From positions 3,319,320 to 3,383,319 of the forward strand of contig CAJINV010000004.1 in NCBI GenBank assembly GCA_905178155.1: a stretch of DNA of 64,000 bases. The letters run 5' to 3'. Positions within the stretch are counted from its first letter, which is position 1; each line of letters begins with the position of its first letter. This document shows, one piece after another, positions 1 through 12,400 of this stretch. The translations under genes were made by a program, and so were the position numbers. The stretch is from Amoebophrya sp. A120. Taxonomy: Eukaryota > Protista > Dinoflagellata. Under the pieces are notes generated by a model, which did not search any database, had not been told where the DNA came from, and saw only the letters and a program-made list of their open reading frames with translations.

Positions 1-639
1 GGGGTGCTGGTTGTTAGTCCGCTTGGCATTGCGCACTTCGGCTGCGACTGTGGCTGGAACACTACAACCAGTCGAGGATGCCGCCGTGGAGCAAGCGGAG
101 GCTTTGGACGCCTGCCGGTGGTTGTAGCTGTGGTGAGAGCTGCAAAGGAGGGAGGATGCGGGTTGGATCAGGTCCTCTGAAGTACAAGAAAACGCGTTGA
201 AGTAGGACGCGGCAATACCACCTGTTGCTGTTGGCGGAGTTGGAGTTTTGCTGTTCTTCGGGTTGTGGTTCTTTTCATCAATATGTTGGTGTTGTTGTTG
301 ACTGTGGCCTACATGGTGTTGTAGATGATGGCCGGGGGGAACCTGTGCTCCTCCTGCAGACCCCTGAACACCAGTTCCTGCGGCAGTTCCTCCTGCTGCG
401 CTTCCTGCTGCAAAACGGGGCTGCTGTTGAGACTGAAAATGTGCTTGTCCTCGGGGTAGGTCCGGCAAGTTCGGGTTGATGGGTGTTTGACCTGCTTGAT
501 GGGGCGGGTTGGTAGTACTTGCGCTTGGGAAAGACGAGGACCTCTGTAGAGATACTGCCGAGGCAATGGAGGTGAAGGACGATGAGAGCAATGCGAAAAG
601 AAGCAGGGAACGGGAAGTACTACGCTGCATCATCTTCAT
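1..639 (-). CDS. 5' part of a putative secreted low-complexity protein (runs off the left edge)
   Basis: Stop-free frame from ATG at 639 to position 1; N-terminus MKMMQRSTSRSLLLFALLSSSFTSIASAVS looks like a signal peptide. Confidence 0.6.
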   Translation of the reverse strand, partial: MKMMQRSTSRSLLLFALLSSSFTSIASAVSLQRSSSFPSASTTNPPHQAGQTPINPNLPDLPRGQAHFQSQQQPRFAAGSAAGGTAAGTGVQGSAGGAQVPPGHHLQHHVGHSQQQHQHIDEKNHNPKNSKTPTPPTATGGIAASYFNAFSCTSEDLIQPASSLLCSSHHSYNHRQASKASACSTAASSTGCSVPATVAAEVRNAKRTNNQHP

Positions 640-693
640 GTGCGAAAGAAGTTGAAGAACGGCGCTAGAAGCGCGCCGCAGGAGAGTCGCGTC

Positions 694-830
694 TATCTCC
701 TTTGTGTAAACACTCTATCAACTTGAGCGAAATTTGTCATGCGAAGCAGCCTGATCATCTGCCAGCTTAAGGTGCTTTTGCATGACAAATTCATGTAACA
801 GTTGAGAATGTAACGTTTGAGTGTCCCATA
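694..830. mobile_element. Degenerate introner (family H-like)
   Basis: Right end tgtaacagttgagaatgtaacgtttgagtgtcccata resembles the end of 32367-32618; internal ttgtcatgc/gcatgacaa pair; left TIR and TSD eroded. Confidence 0.45.
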
Positions 831-2334
831 TCACTTTCGGATTCGGTGTGCAGATGTTGTTTCAACTCCTCAGAGGTAATCGTCCCGTCGCTGACGTCGA
901 TTTTCAGATCCGCTGCCGCTTTCAGCAGAGCCTTGTCTTCGTCGAGGGTTTGCGCCGGTCCAAGGTGTAGTGCGTCTTTCTGCGCCCTGGTAAGACCATC
1001 GATGCCGATGTGCAACGCCTGGTTGGAGTCCAGGCCGTGCTGCTCCTCCTGCAAGGCGAGTAGTTCGTCCTGCACCTCCACCTCTATGGGAGTGTCAGGA
1101 TTGAAATCGACAAAGGCAATGCATAATATCGATACCAGTCAGAAGCCCAATTACAATTTTCAAGCGGTGCATGACAAATTTGGGCAGAGCCGAAATCCAG
1201 TCTGTCATGCTGTTTCGGCAAAGAAGACTGCTCCTGTCATGCTATTTTAGCACCTCAGTTGCTACCCCTCAACAGGCTTACAATGTGCCTCACTTGCCTA
1301 CTCTGCAAGACAGGCACTTTGTTTCTTTGTGGGCTGCATTATTTGCGTGACAAATCATTCCAACTTTGGCGATTTCAATCCTGACACATCCATACCATCG
1401 ATCTCATTGTCTTGGTTCTTATCAGCCATAAAGAAATCACCCGCCTTCCAGCTTCTGGGATGGGCCTTTCGCCATTCGTCTTCCTCGATGGGCAGTTTGC
1501 CGTCTCCGATGTGGGCATACCCATACTCCGCGCTCTTGTAGGTGTCCGAGGGGTAGGGCGGGCCTTTCGAACCGTCAAATGCGCCACTATCGCCCGTGTT
1601 CTCGGCCAGCCAATGCTCTTGGAATTTGTCCGCCAACTCGCGCGCTGCGTCCCTGTCGTTCTCAACATCGAGTGCCTTTTGCAGCTCCTCGCCGGTGATG
1701 CCATCGGCGAGTGTTTTTTCCAACTCCTTGGCGTCTTCAGGTCCATATGGAAGTGTCAGAATCGAAATTGACAAAATCGCAAAATTTGTAATGCACAAAA
1801 TCGATGTCAGTTGGAGCCTCAGTTTCCAAGTGGCGCATGACGAATTTCGGAAGCACCCAAATCCAGTCTGTCATGCTGTTTGGGCAAAGAAGACTCCCCC
1901 TGTCGTGCTACTCTGGCAGAACATTTTATACCCCTAAACAGGCTTGCAATCGGTCTCATTTGCCTGCTCCCCAATACAGGCCTTCAGTGACGTACATTTT
2001 ATGCATTTTTTCGACTTTGTCGATTTCGATCCTGACACATCCATAATCCATCCAAATTCAGTATCTCGGCCACCGCATCATGCAACGCCTCTGTCTCGTC
2101 CGCCGTTGGGGCCGCGTCTGCGCCTGCGGGTAACATGTTCAGCGCTGCATCATAGTACGCCAGGTTGTCTACATTTAGCAACCCGCCCAGGAGGTCGTCG
2201 ACACCACCGTCCTCTGCATGCAGAAGTGTAGTCTCCTTCTCGTTCTTTGTGACAACTTTTCGGGCAGTGGCGAAGCACGCGGCACCCGCGACACCGTGAA
2301 CCAGAATTCTACCTAGCACAGCGCCCATGATCAT
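791..2334 (-). CDS. EF-hand-like acidic protein, exons approx 2334-2046, 1745-1395, 1084-831; 3' end uncertain
   Basis: ORFs join in frame after introner removal (..NLDG|PEDAKE.., ..DKNQDNEID|(E)VEVQDELL..); EF-loop-like DKNQDNEIDEVE and DVSDGTITSEEL. Confidence 0.6.
1085..1394. mobile_element. Introner family A
   Basis: TIR tatgggagtgtcaggattgaaatcg / cgatttcaatcctgacacatccata; diverged TSD acctc/ccatc. Confidence 0.9.
1746..2045. mobile_element. Introner family A
   Basis: Family A TIRs; TSD gtcca/atcca. Confidence 0.9.
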
Positions 2335-2728
2335 TCGGTGGATAATTATTCGCTACACAATCATTAGGTACAGCCCGCCCTAAGTGGCGGTCGTCATTTT
2401 CTATCAACAGTAGAGACACTGTTTGATATGTTGCCGCCTATTTTGTTTTTTTGTTTTATCTCAGCATTTGTGACTGCACGATCCAGAAGCAAGTCGTACT
2501 TCAGGAGGATTTGGCTTGCAAGACGATTTCTCGCATTCTTCAACAAACCCCCACTTACAGTATCGCAACCCCTCGCCCTCCATAGCCCGTCCCATGCTAT
2601 CTAAACGTAAACCTCGGTGCACGACATGGAGGATTGCATCTCATATTACTCATCTTCGCTGTATAATTTCATGATCGAGAGAACTGCGAGCGAAGTCACG
2701 ACGAAAACAGTGTGTAGATCTAGATTTG

Positions 2729-3035
2729 TATGGGAGTGTCAGAATCGAAATCAACAAAATCGAAATAATTTGTGATGCATAAAATCGATACCACTTGGAG
2801 CCTCAGTTTCCAAGTGGCGCATGACAAATTTCGGGAGCACCAAAATCCAGTCTGTCATGCTGTTTGGGCAAAGAAGACTGCTCCTGGTGTGCTGCTCCGG
2901 CAGCACATCGCCTTCCCGTAATCAGGCTTGCAATCCGTCTCATTTGCCTACTCCCCAACACAGGCCTTACTTGCCCTACATTCTACGCATTACAAATTTT
3001 TCGACTTTGTCGATTTCGATCCTGACACATCCATA
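2729..3035. mobile_element. Family A element outside any evident CDS
   Basis: Family A TIRs; perfect TSD atttg. Confidence 0.9.
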
Positions 3036-3923
3036 ATTTGCATTTGCAGTGTACGAGTCCCACGACGTCGAGAAATAAACCGATTTTTTTACTAGTCTCC
3101 AGGATGTTGTCGAGTCTAGGTCTACCCATTTTTCGCACAAATCTCGCGCTCACGAACCCACACTGCGGAAGCGGGTACTACTACGTGGAACCTTGTATTC
3201 ATCAACTTTGATGCGCAAGATACGTTTTATATCGATTTTGTGAAACTGTAACTGAAACATATTACGATACTAGACGACAATACGATCTCGACTATCGATT
3301 CAAATTCGTTGGTATGGCGAGCTGGAAACAACGATCGGAGCGCGAAACCAAAGCGAAATTCAAATCTCGCCACAACGACATTGGACACTCAAGAATGAAT
3401 CCGCGAAAAAATAACTTCGCAGCTTCTGTCCGAACAAGCAAAATATACCCGTTACAAGTAAGTAAAGGCGGACGGGGAGAAACCAAGAGCTTAGTAAGTT
3501 CGTTGTATCCACTGCGCCCGCAGTGCTGGAATGGTTGCTTGTTTCAGAAGTACAAGTGGCGCCAATGCTGACAACTGTCTTCACTCATCATATATATCAT
3601 GCGGATTCTAGTAGTTGTAGCTGTTTTCAAGTATTGCATCCTGTGCCTGTCCTGCTCGCAGATGTTGCAGCATTACCATTTAACATTTGGCCAGATATCA
3701 AACCACTGCCTTCAATTGGTCGGACATTTTGGCAGCAAGTCGTAAGTACGTTTTCGTTTTTGACTTGTTTATACTTGAAACTGAAACTGAAACGAATTCG
3801 TCAGGACCTACTTGTTTTGAAAAGTAGAATAGCTTGTCTCTTTTGGCATTTTCCCAAGAATCATAAAACTAAATTTTCTCAGACATTTTCAATCTCGATT
3901 TTTCGGTTTTTCCGCGTTTTTCT

Positions 3924-4714
3924 TTATTTGGACATTTCCTCCAGCAAAGCCTCTTTTCGGTGCAGAACATGCTCGAACTTTTCGGCCATGCTCGCGGACC
4001 AAGCGTCCTCTGGTTCCACCTCCACCTCCTCATGTCGCCTAGCATTCTGACTGCTCTGACGTTGTACCAAATCAGAATTCGCCCCCGTCACCCCGTCTGG
4101 GCTGAAACTTTTTGCAGCTCGGTGGTACAACTCCAACACACGACTGCTCGACGTTGCGGGTGCAGCAGGAGCGCCACTTGTAGAAGAAGTTCTTCCTGCC
4201 GCTGTCTTGGAAGTCTTAAGTTTGTCCTTTCTGGTGTTACTTCTGCTTTTCGAAGAAGCCGAAGATGATGTTTTCGAAGCTGTTTTCTCTTCTTCATCTC
4301 CGCGGGAGTAGAGTTTTCTGCTCTGATGTTGTAGTGCGTTTGAGAACTCGTCGCGACTGGTCACATCCACTGCTTCGTCGTAGCCGGGTGGGATCGTGCT
4401 GGCGGAACCCGGTTTGTTGGTCGCACTGGTCGTTGGTGTCAGGCTATGCAAGAAAAAAACTGTGTAAGTGTAACTTTGTCTTGCAGATGTTGCAATACAG
4501 TTACACGCCTTGTCACGCCGCATATGCATCAGAGGCTATTTTAGTACGTGTTTTAGCGTACTAGCTACGCATGACAAGTTTTCTGTCATGCAAAACAAAT
4601 CTATGATGCTGCTCCTGCAAGAAAGTTACACTTACACAGTTTTTTTCTTCGATACAGTCGCTTTGGATGCTCGTACTTCCAGTCAGGAAGGGGCGCGGGC
4701 TGAACGAAAGACAT
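3924..4714 (-). CDS. Hypothetical Ser/Thr-rich protein, 2 exons
   Basis: MSFVQPAPLPDWKYEHPKRL joins TPTTSATNK.. in frame after removing 4445-4654 plus TSD. Confidence 0.6.
4445..4654. mobile_element. Introner family D
   Basis: TIR tatgcaagaaaaaaactgtgtaagtgtaacttt / aaagttacacttacacagttttttttcttcgata; TSD caggc/cagtc. Confidence 0.9.
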
Positions 4715-4892
4715 ATGATTAATCTTTGTTCTTTTTACCCACATCTTCATGGGAAAACGTAGTAAGCAGGCGTAAAACTATCGATGTCTCGGACCACCAC
4801 AGCAGTTGCCACAACATGATGAAACAGGTTGCAGAAAAATCGTGTTACCAGTACGTATCTCTCGTACGACAATCCAATAAATGATGTAGCTA

Positions 4893-6416
4893 AAGTAGTA
4901 GGTACCTCTGTCGCCGACCCCAAAACCTCCGCCAAAGATGCGCTTGCACTGGAGCTGCTACCACTACTTGCAAGCGTCGCTCGCTCGAGGGGCCCCGACG
5001 ATCACAAAAAAATACGCGCACAAAATGCGGACCGGATTGGACAAGGTGTCGGAAAAGACATCCCAGGTCCCTCGGTCGGCGCGAAGCCCCTCTGGCCCGG
5101 AGCCCATGGAACTCACGATGCCAGATCCCAAGAAGCAAATACGCAAGCAAGATGATGCAGCGAAACAGAGCCCCGGCAATCATTTTGCTCCCTTTTGATA
5201 GATGCGAAACGACCAAAAGCCTCGACAATGGCGTACTTGTTTTACAAGAACGCATTGGGCCGGGCGGACCAGATTCAGAATAAAATTGGGCGGCGGAGGG
5301 GATTTCAGAATTTAATAGGCGGCCAAGATAGATTTCAGAATTTAATTGGCGGCCGATAGGGAATTCAGAATTTAATTGGCGCCCTCAATCAATTTCAGAA
5401 TTTAATTGGCGGCCCGGGACAATTTCAGAATTAAGTTGGAAACGAGTTTGGAAATAGTTGGAAAGCTTTCCCCCACTTGAAATCTCTGATCCAACTTTTT
5501 TCAACTCTTTTCCAACTTAATTTAGAAATTGGTGTCGGACCCTTCCGCAAGATGCTCGCTGGCCCGCCTTTTCTTCAATGACCTAGCTGGACGCCGGGCC
5601 GCTTCCCTCGAAAAAAACACAGGCCAGGGTGGTTCCTCGCTATGGCCTGCGGTCTTTCATGACCCGGGAATCAGGGCCCATTCGCCAGAGGCAAGTGCGC
5701 GGCTGGCGGCGTGCAAGGCCATGACGTTGGGGGCAGCAATGGCGTTGAATTGCTGCAGAATCTTGCCAGACCAAGAAAGTCCCTGTCTTTCGCGCATGAA
5801 GACGCTTATACAGTGGCGGCCCGAAGCAGGAAAGTCGAAGGGCCCCCACACGCCCTATTTCGTCTTGCAGAATAGTTGACGCATGAAAACCTCGCCACCA
5901 GCTGAGGGCTTGCTTTGTGTATATCTGTAGGAAGCCTCGGCGCGAATGGGTGCGCTACAAACCCAGGCGGCCTTCTGAAGCCGGCCCTGTGCTGCGATGC
6001 GCTGTATGAAGCCGCGGCGCGCTCGGCTACATTCTAGAGCAGTATCGTGGGCATGACGCATGTAGCAGGAAAAACGGCAGCAGCGGGGCTGTAACTGCCG
6101 CTGTGTCGTACGTGAGGCCGCCACCCTTGAGAAATCAAGCGCGTGACAGATCCCCAAATCGCTTTGAATAGCAACGACGAAGCCCGTTTTGTAGCCACCT
6201 AGGGGCACGTTGATGCTCCGTCGATCGATAACCAGGCGCGAGGACTCAGGCCCCTAAAACGTCGAGCCAAAGTGTAAAATTGCTGGAATTCTGAATTCAT
6301 TCTGAATTCGTTAAGAAATGATTACTTTCTAAGGCGGTTTTGAGTTAAGTAGTAGGTACCTGTGTCGCCAAAACCTCCGCCAAAGATGCGCTTGCACTGG
6401 AGCTGCTACCACTACT
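4893..6416. repeat. About 70-bp direct repeat (4893-4968 and 6347-6416) flanking a 1.38-kb unclassified segment
   Basis: aagtagtaggtacct..aaaacctccgccaaagatgcgcttgcactggagctgctaccactact present twice, differing by a 6-nt indel and a substitution. Confidence 0.85.
5272..5432. repeat. 30-bp period tandem array, about 5.5 units
   Basis: Core atttcagaatttaattggcggcc plus about 7 variable nt. Confidence 0.9.
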
Positions 6417-9400
6417 GCTTATGGGAGTGTCAGAATCGAAATCGTCAGAGTTGAAATAATTTGTGATGCATAAAACGGATACCAGTTGGAAGCCCAATTT
6501 CCAAGCGGCGCATGACAAATTTGAGTAGAACCGAAATCCAGTCTGTCATGCTGTTTGAGTAAGGAAGACGCCTTTTGTCATGCTACTTTAGCAGCTCTAT
6601 TTCTACTCCGCAACAGGCTTACAATCTGCCTCCCTTGCCTACTCTGCAAGACAGGCACTTTGTGGGTTGCATTTTATGCATCACAAACTATTTCAACTTT
6701 GACGATTTCAATCCTGACACTCCCATACTGCTCGTATCATGTTTGAAATTTGACGTCGTCGAGACACCCGGAGCTGCGGACCCCCTCGTCTTCGATCCCT
6801 CGCGACTTCTGTTCACCAGTTTCAGCTTCTTCTTCTGCATCGTCTTCCCGGTTGCAAAAGGCGCAGGAGCTTCTTCGTGATGTTCTACTTGTTTCCCAAA
6901 CGCGATTTGATGCTGGTGGTCAAACAGGGCCGCTGCGTTTTGGTCAAACTCAAAGGGCGATGTTCTACTTGATGCAGTTGATGGCTGCTGGGCGTTATTA
7001 TCTTCAACTCCTCGTTGTTGACCACTCCTGTTCAGAAGCTTGACAGAGGAGCTACTTGATGCAGCCGGGTAAAACACGAAGTTGTGCTGTTGTTCTTGTT
7101 CCTGGTATCCAGGAAAAAACACCCATCCCCATCAATTTTTTGCATGACAAATAGTGGACTTTATGCATGTTTTGCATGACAAATTGGATGGGGATGGGTG
7201 TTTTTTCCTGGATACCTGGTGCGCTCCCTCTACAAGCGGGACGGCGACGCTTTCGCTTGCCTCGTCTCCGGTCATCTGCGAAGCGGTCGCGTCTACGAGA
7301 CCGTGTACTACGTTGTCCTCCGTACTAGGTGCTTTTTGTGCTGCCGTAGTACCTCCCGCGAGGAGTTGTGCAGCGGGCTCCGAAGGAGCGGACGAGGCCA
7401 CGCCGCTATTGCTTTCTTGGGTCTCCACTAGTTGTACCTTGGTCACAGGGGTTTGCTGTTCGGCAGCAGCTGCAGAAGATCTTTCTTGTACCTGAAGTCC
7501 ACCGTCTCCTTCTACCAAAGCCGCAGGATCGACTGCCGCTGCGTCATCGACAGGCTTAGTTAATATTTTCGACGTCCTGCTTGCCGACGCTGAGTTGTTT
7601 ACAATTTCTCTACTGCTCTTTCGCCCCTCAGCAACAGGTGCCTCGCTTGTTCTAATTTCTTTCTGCGAGCCCGCCGAGGACCCCTGCCGCATCCCCTCTT
7701 TCAACATCTCGTCATCCCCGAGGACGTCGTTCGCAAGCGAAAAAGGGGCCACTTCCGAGGACGCCGGTGTGGCCTTGCTGCTCGACTCCTGCGGCTGTGA
7801 AAGAACAACATCATCGACGTTGTTTTTCAGCGTTGTTGCGCTACTTGTTCTAGCGGGCCCGGACTGACTTGTCTGCGTTTGCCGCCTGTCCATCATGATC
7901 CCCGCTAGTGTGGCCCGTGTCTGTGCAGCGGTTCTTGAAGCTGCTGCAGTTGATGTCCCTGCGACCACGTAATTGTTGTCCGGCGCGTTTTATCAAATGT
8001 AAAAATGTCTGGGTCTGCAAGGTTGGAACTTGTGACGCAGCTAACTTTGTACTCTAAAAACCTCTGTATTGCATGACCAGCAAGAGGAATCTAGTTTGTG
8101 CTACGCGGGGAGGGCATTTGTCATAAGGAGTAGGCATCAGGAAGCCCTCTAAAAATCTGTGATGCTAGGTCGTGCATCACAGACATCCTGGGTCGTGCAA
8201 AATATGCATGACAAACCCTGCAACATTCCAGACCCAGACACTTTTGCATTTGATACGTTTGAAGACAGTACATCACCGTCGACCGCACTGGAAGTCGGTG
8301 TGTGCTGCTCCTGCAGGCCTGTTTGGGGATCATGATTCTCCGCCACCTCTAGTAGAGCAGCTGCGTTGCTCACACTGGGTTCGAGACTTGGGGTGTTGGT
8401 ACCACCACCGTCGTTGGACGAGGAGAGCGCCACGACCCGCGGTTCGTGCAGCTCGCTATCCTCTGGCTCCTCCTGCACCGGCGTAACTTCCGCACTGGAG
8501 GAAAAGATCTGGTTATTTTCGGGCTGTTCTATTACTTCCGTTGGAATGATTTCAGGTTTATCTTTCACACGGCGACTCCGACTCCCCTCCTCCGTCTTTA
8601 TTTCCCTCTTCGGCGGGCCGAACCGGTAGACCTCGTCCATTACCTCGGGTTTCGTGATTGCCTCGATCTGCTCCTGCACCAGCTGTATGCATTGCAAGAG
8701 AAAGAGTATCGTACTAGTATATGTAAATTGCATTACAATTTGTAGTGCCGATTTGCCGAAGATGGGGAATTTGTCATGCGTGATTGCAATTACTACGAGT
8801 ACGATACTTTTGCACAGGATAAGCTGGTCAAAGGCGGCAAGCTGCTTGGCTCTGGTTTCCACCGAGTTAGTCCCCTCGGTCGACAAGACCCGCAGCGTCA
8901 GCCCCGCGGCGCCGGGGAGGACGCCGGGGATCTTCATTTTCATCGTCGGGTCGATGCTCTCGTCCTCGTCCACGCCAGCGTTTAGATTGATTGCCGCGTC
9001 ATACGCCCAGTGGTATTCTGCGTAAAAGAGAACCCGAAGTACTACTTACCCCATAGTCAAACTGATGATGCTCTTCACTCTGCTACACAAGTGCAGAAGG
9101 TTAGACAGAAACGCATGACAAACTTGGGTCCATGTTGTACTTGTAGTCGCCGTTGCATTCGCAGTGAAATATCCACATCAGAAATCGCCTGTCTTAGCTG
9201 ATCCTGATCCTGATGAGTACGGCATCAGCAAAAACATTCCAAAAGAGCCTGCTTGGAAGATGCTCCTCAACCTCATGGGGCTGCGCATGAGACACATTCC
9301 ATTGTAGAAAAGGAAAACTACATGCAAATCCGCATGACAACTCTGGGGTGAAAATTATGGGTACTAACTTCAACTTACGTTTTTCCACAGCATAACCGTT

Positions 9401-12400
9401 CCTGCTGCGCTTTCTCGAACACGGAATGCCGTTTGGACTATGAATTGCAAAAGTATCGTACTCGTATAAATGCATTACAAATTCCCTCAGCATGAGAAAT
9501 GAGATCATTTGTAAATGCGGACTTACCTTAAGAAAAGGATTTGCAATGCAAGACTTGCATTTATACGAGTGCGATACTTTTGCACAGGATATGGACACCA
9601 CGGCCTCCAGAATGTCCGCGGAGTCGGTGCGCCGCTGTATGGGAGCGTCAGGTTTGAAATCGTCAAAGTTGAAATAATTTGTAATGCATAAAATGCATGA
9701 CCCGAGGTACGTGTGTTGCAGAGCAGGCAAGTGAGGCCGATTGTAAAGCCTGTTTGGGGTTACAGCTCGAGCTGCTAAAGTAGGATGAGAAAATCACTCT
9801 TCGTTGCCTAAACAGCATGACAAACTGGATTTCGGGGCCACCGAAATTTGTCATGCGCCACTTGAAAACTGGGCTCCAACTGGCATCCATTTTATGCATT
9901 ACAAATTATTTCAACTTTGACGATTTCAAACCTGACGCTTCCATACGCTGGTGCCGTGTCGTAATCTTGAGCGCCGCTGCGCGCCGCTGCTCTTCGCTCT
10001 GTGTTCGCTGCTTGCTCTCCACAAAGCGACCCAGGGAGGCCTCCGGATCGTGGACAAACACCATGTTGTGGTGCTCCGGACCCGCCTCGTCGCGCAGGCT
10101 GCTCATCCACCCCATCAGGGTTTCTTGGTGGATTTTTCCTGCCGTCCCGTTTTACAGTGAAAAATGCCCCCACCCCCAAAGTTGCAATAATTTGTGATGC
10201 AAAGTTTCCAAGTGAAAACTTTTTGTCATGCATGAAAGGAGTGTGAATCTTTCTGATGCAGAGTCTGGGCGTATATCGCATCGCTTGCATGACAAGCGCC
10301 GCTTTTGCTAGGATCTTTTGCAATGCAAATTTTTGCTATTCACGATTGGAAATCTGTGATGCTGATAGATGCAAGAAGGCGAGTGTTTCCTTGTTTGGAA
10401 AGGTTTGCAATACAAATGCTCCCAAGTTCGGGGATCGTGGGGGCATTTTTCCTTGTAATATCCCGCCGATCTTCTTCCGGGCGCTGGTCCGCAGGGGGTT
10501 GTCGCCGAAGTACGTCTTCAACAACTGCTGCTGCTGGTTCTCCGTGATGCCCCGTTGCTTGCGCCGAAACATCTCGCGGACAAACGCCTGCCGTTGCGCC
10601 ACGGACATGTTGCGGTACTTTTGCACGGTGCTCCCGTACCCCCGCGACGGGTCGCCGTTCTCATCGCCCTTGTGGATTGCAAATATGTCTGGGTCCTCTG
10701 GAAGTCTGTGATGCTGAATTGAGCCTGATTGAAGCGCTTGCAATGGCAGCCAGGCATGACAAGCTTCAGAGACGCCTGCTGATGGTGCCTACCACGCATC
10801 ACAAATTGCGTTTTTGCATGCCCAAGCAAGCTCCTCTTTTGCTGCTCATGCAACACAGAATTTCCAGGAATGCAAGACACGCATCACAAGTTCCACTGTT
10901 CCAGACCCAGACACTTTTGCATTTGATAGCCGTCTTTCCCACGCAAGTGCTCCTCCAGCCGGTGGTTTTATCCTGTGCAAAAGTATCGCGCTCGCATTGC
11001 AATCATGCATTACAAATCTTTCTCTTGAGGTAAATCAGCATTACAAATTTGATTTCTCATGCCGAGGAAATTTGTAATGCATTTGTACGAGTACGATACT
11101 TTTGCAGTTCATAGGTTTTCCGCGTCCACAACCGGATCCGCGTGTCGCACCCGGTAGGGAGACTTGTCCTTTTCTCTACTCTTTGCACCACGACCGCCTT
11201 CTTGGGTATTACCCGCAAGAACCTTGTTCCGCTTCCTGGATCCGGGGCCGCCCGACCCGGCGCGGTACTGCATGGTTGGAAACGCACCGTACGCCGCGCC
11301 GCCGGGGCTGTTCCTGCTGGCGACCCCGACCGTCATGTCGTAGGCTGCCTCCGCGGGCACGCGGTAGGGCGACTGCCCGGCGGTGATATCAAATGCAAAT
11401 ATGTCTGGGTGTGGAAGAGTCATGCTGCTTTTGCATGACACAGAAGGTCTGGCATGGCAGCTCTAGCATCACAGGTTTCGAGAGGCTTTCGCTATTCCGA
11501 ATCCGCATCACAAATGCCCCATTTTGGTGACAGAAAGTGGGCAACTTTTGCTGCCTGTGCATGAGAGATTTTTCTGCGTTGTGGAATGCGCATCACAAGT
11601 TTGCACTCTTCCAGACCCAGACATATTTGCAATGGATAGGTGAATTCGTACCGCAAATCGCCCCACCCCGAGTGGTCGCCGCTGCGGGCCGTGGTTTATC
11701 CTGTGCAAAAGTATCGCACTCGTACTAATTGCAAATATGCATGACAAATATTCTTCCTAAGGTAAAACAGCATTACAAATCCCATTTCTCTTCGTGCCAA
11801 AAGCAAAATTTCTAATGCAATTTATACTAGTACGATACTTTTGCAATGCATATGGTTTTGCCGACGCCTACGTGCTTGCCGAGATTCTCCAGATCGTGAA
11901 AAAAGGGGCGGCTCCACGTGTGGCGCACCGGGTCCTGGGCGGTTTGCACGAAGGCACGGTGCCGGAAGAGCTTGTGGTCGTCGATCCACAAAAGCCGCGG
12001 GCCGCAGTACTGTGTTTATGTTGAACTTTAATTTTTTTATCCGCTTCACATTTTACGTACTATGAGGAAAACTTCAAAAAAATCGAAAAAGCTGCTATAT
12101 GTGAGTACAACTGCTGCAGCAAAGAAACAGATGAGCATGAGGCAATCACCTTCGTGTAAACTCTAAATACGTTTGCGATTTGGTTCCAGTAGTACGGCAG
12201 CGAGGTGATTTGCGGGTTGTTCTGGAGCAACAAGATCACCAAGTGGGTGTTATACGACAGCGGCCGCAATTGGCTGCAGCTCCTCAGCTTGTTGTTTCGC
12301 AAATCCAAGTACCGCAGCTCCACCAACGTCTCCAAATGCTCCACCTTTTCGATCTTGTTCGAATCCAGCCCCAGCTCCTCCAAGGCCTCACAGAGCAGCA

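Noticed and set aside
5272-5432. CRISPR-like repeat-spacer array
   Set aside because: Variable parts are only about 7 nt, no cas genes, eukaryotic context
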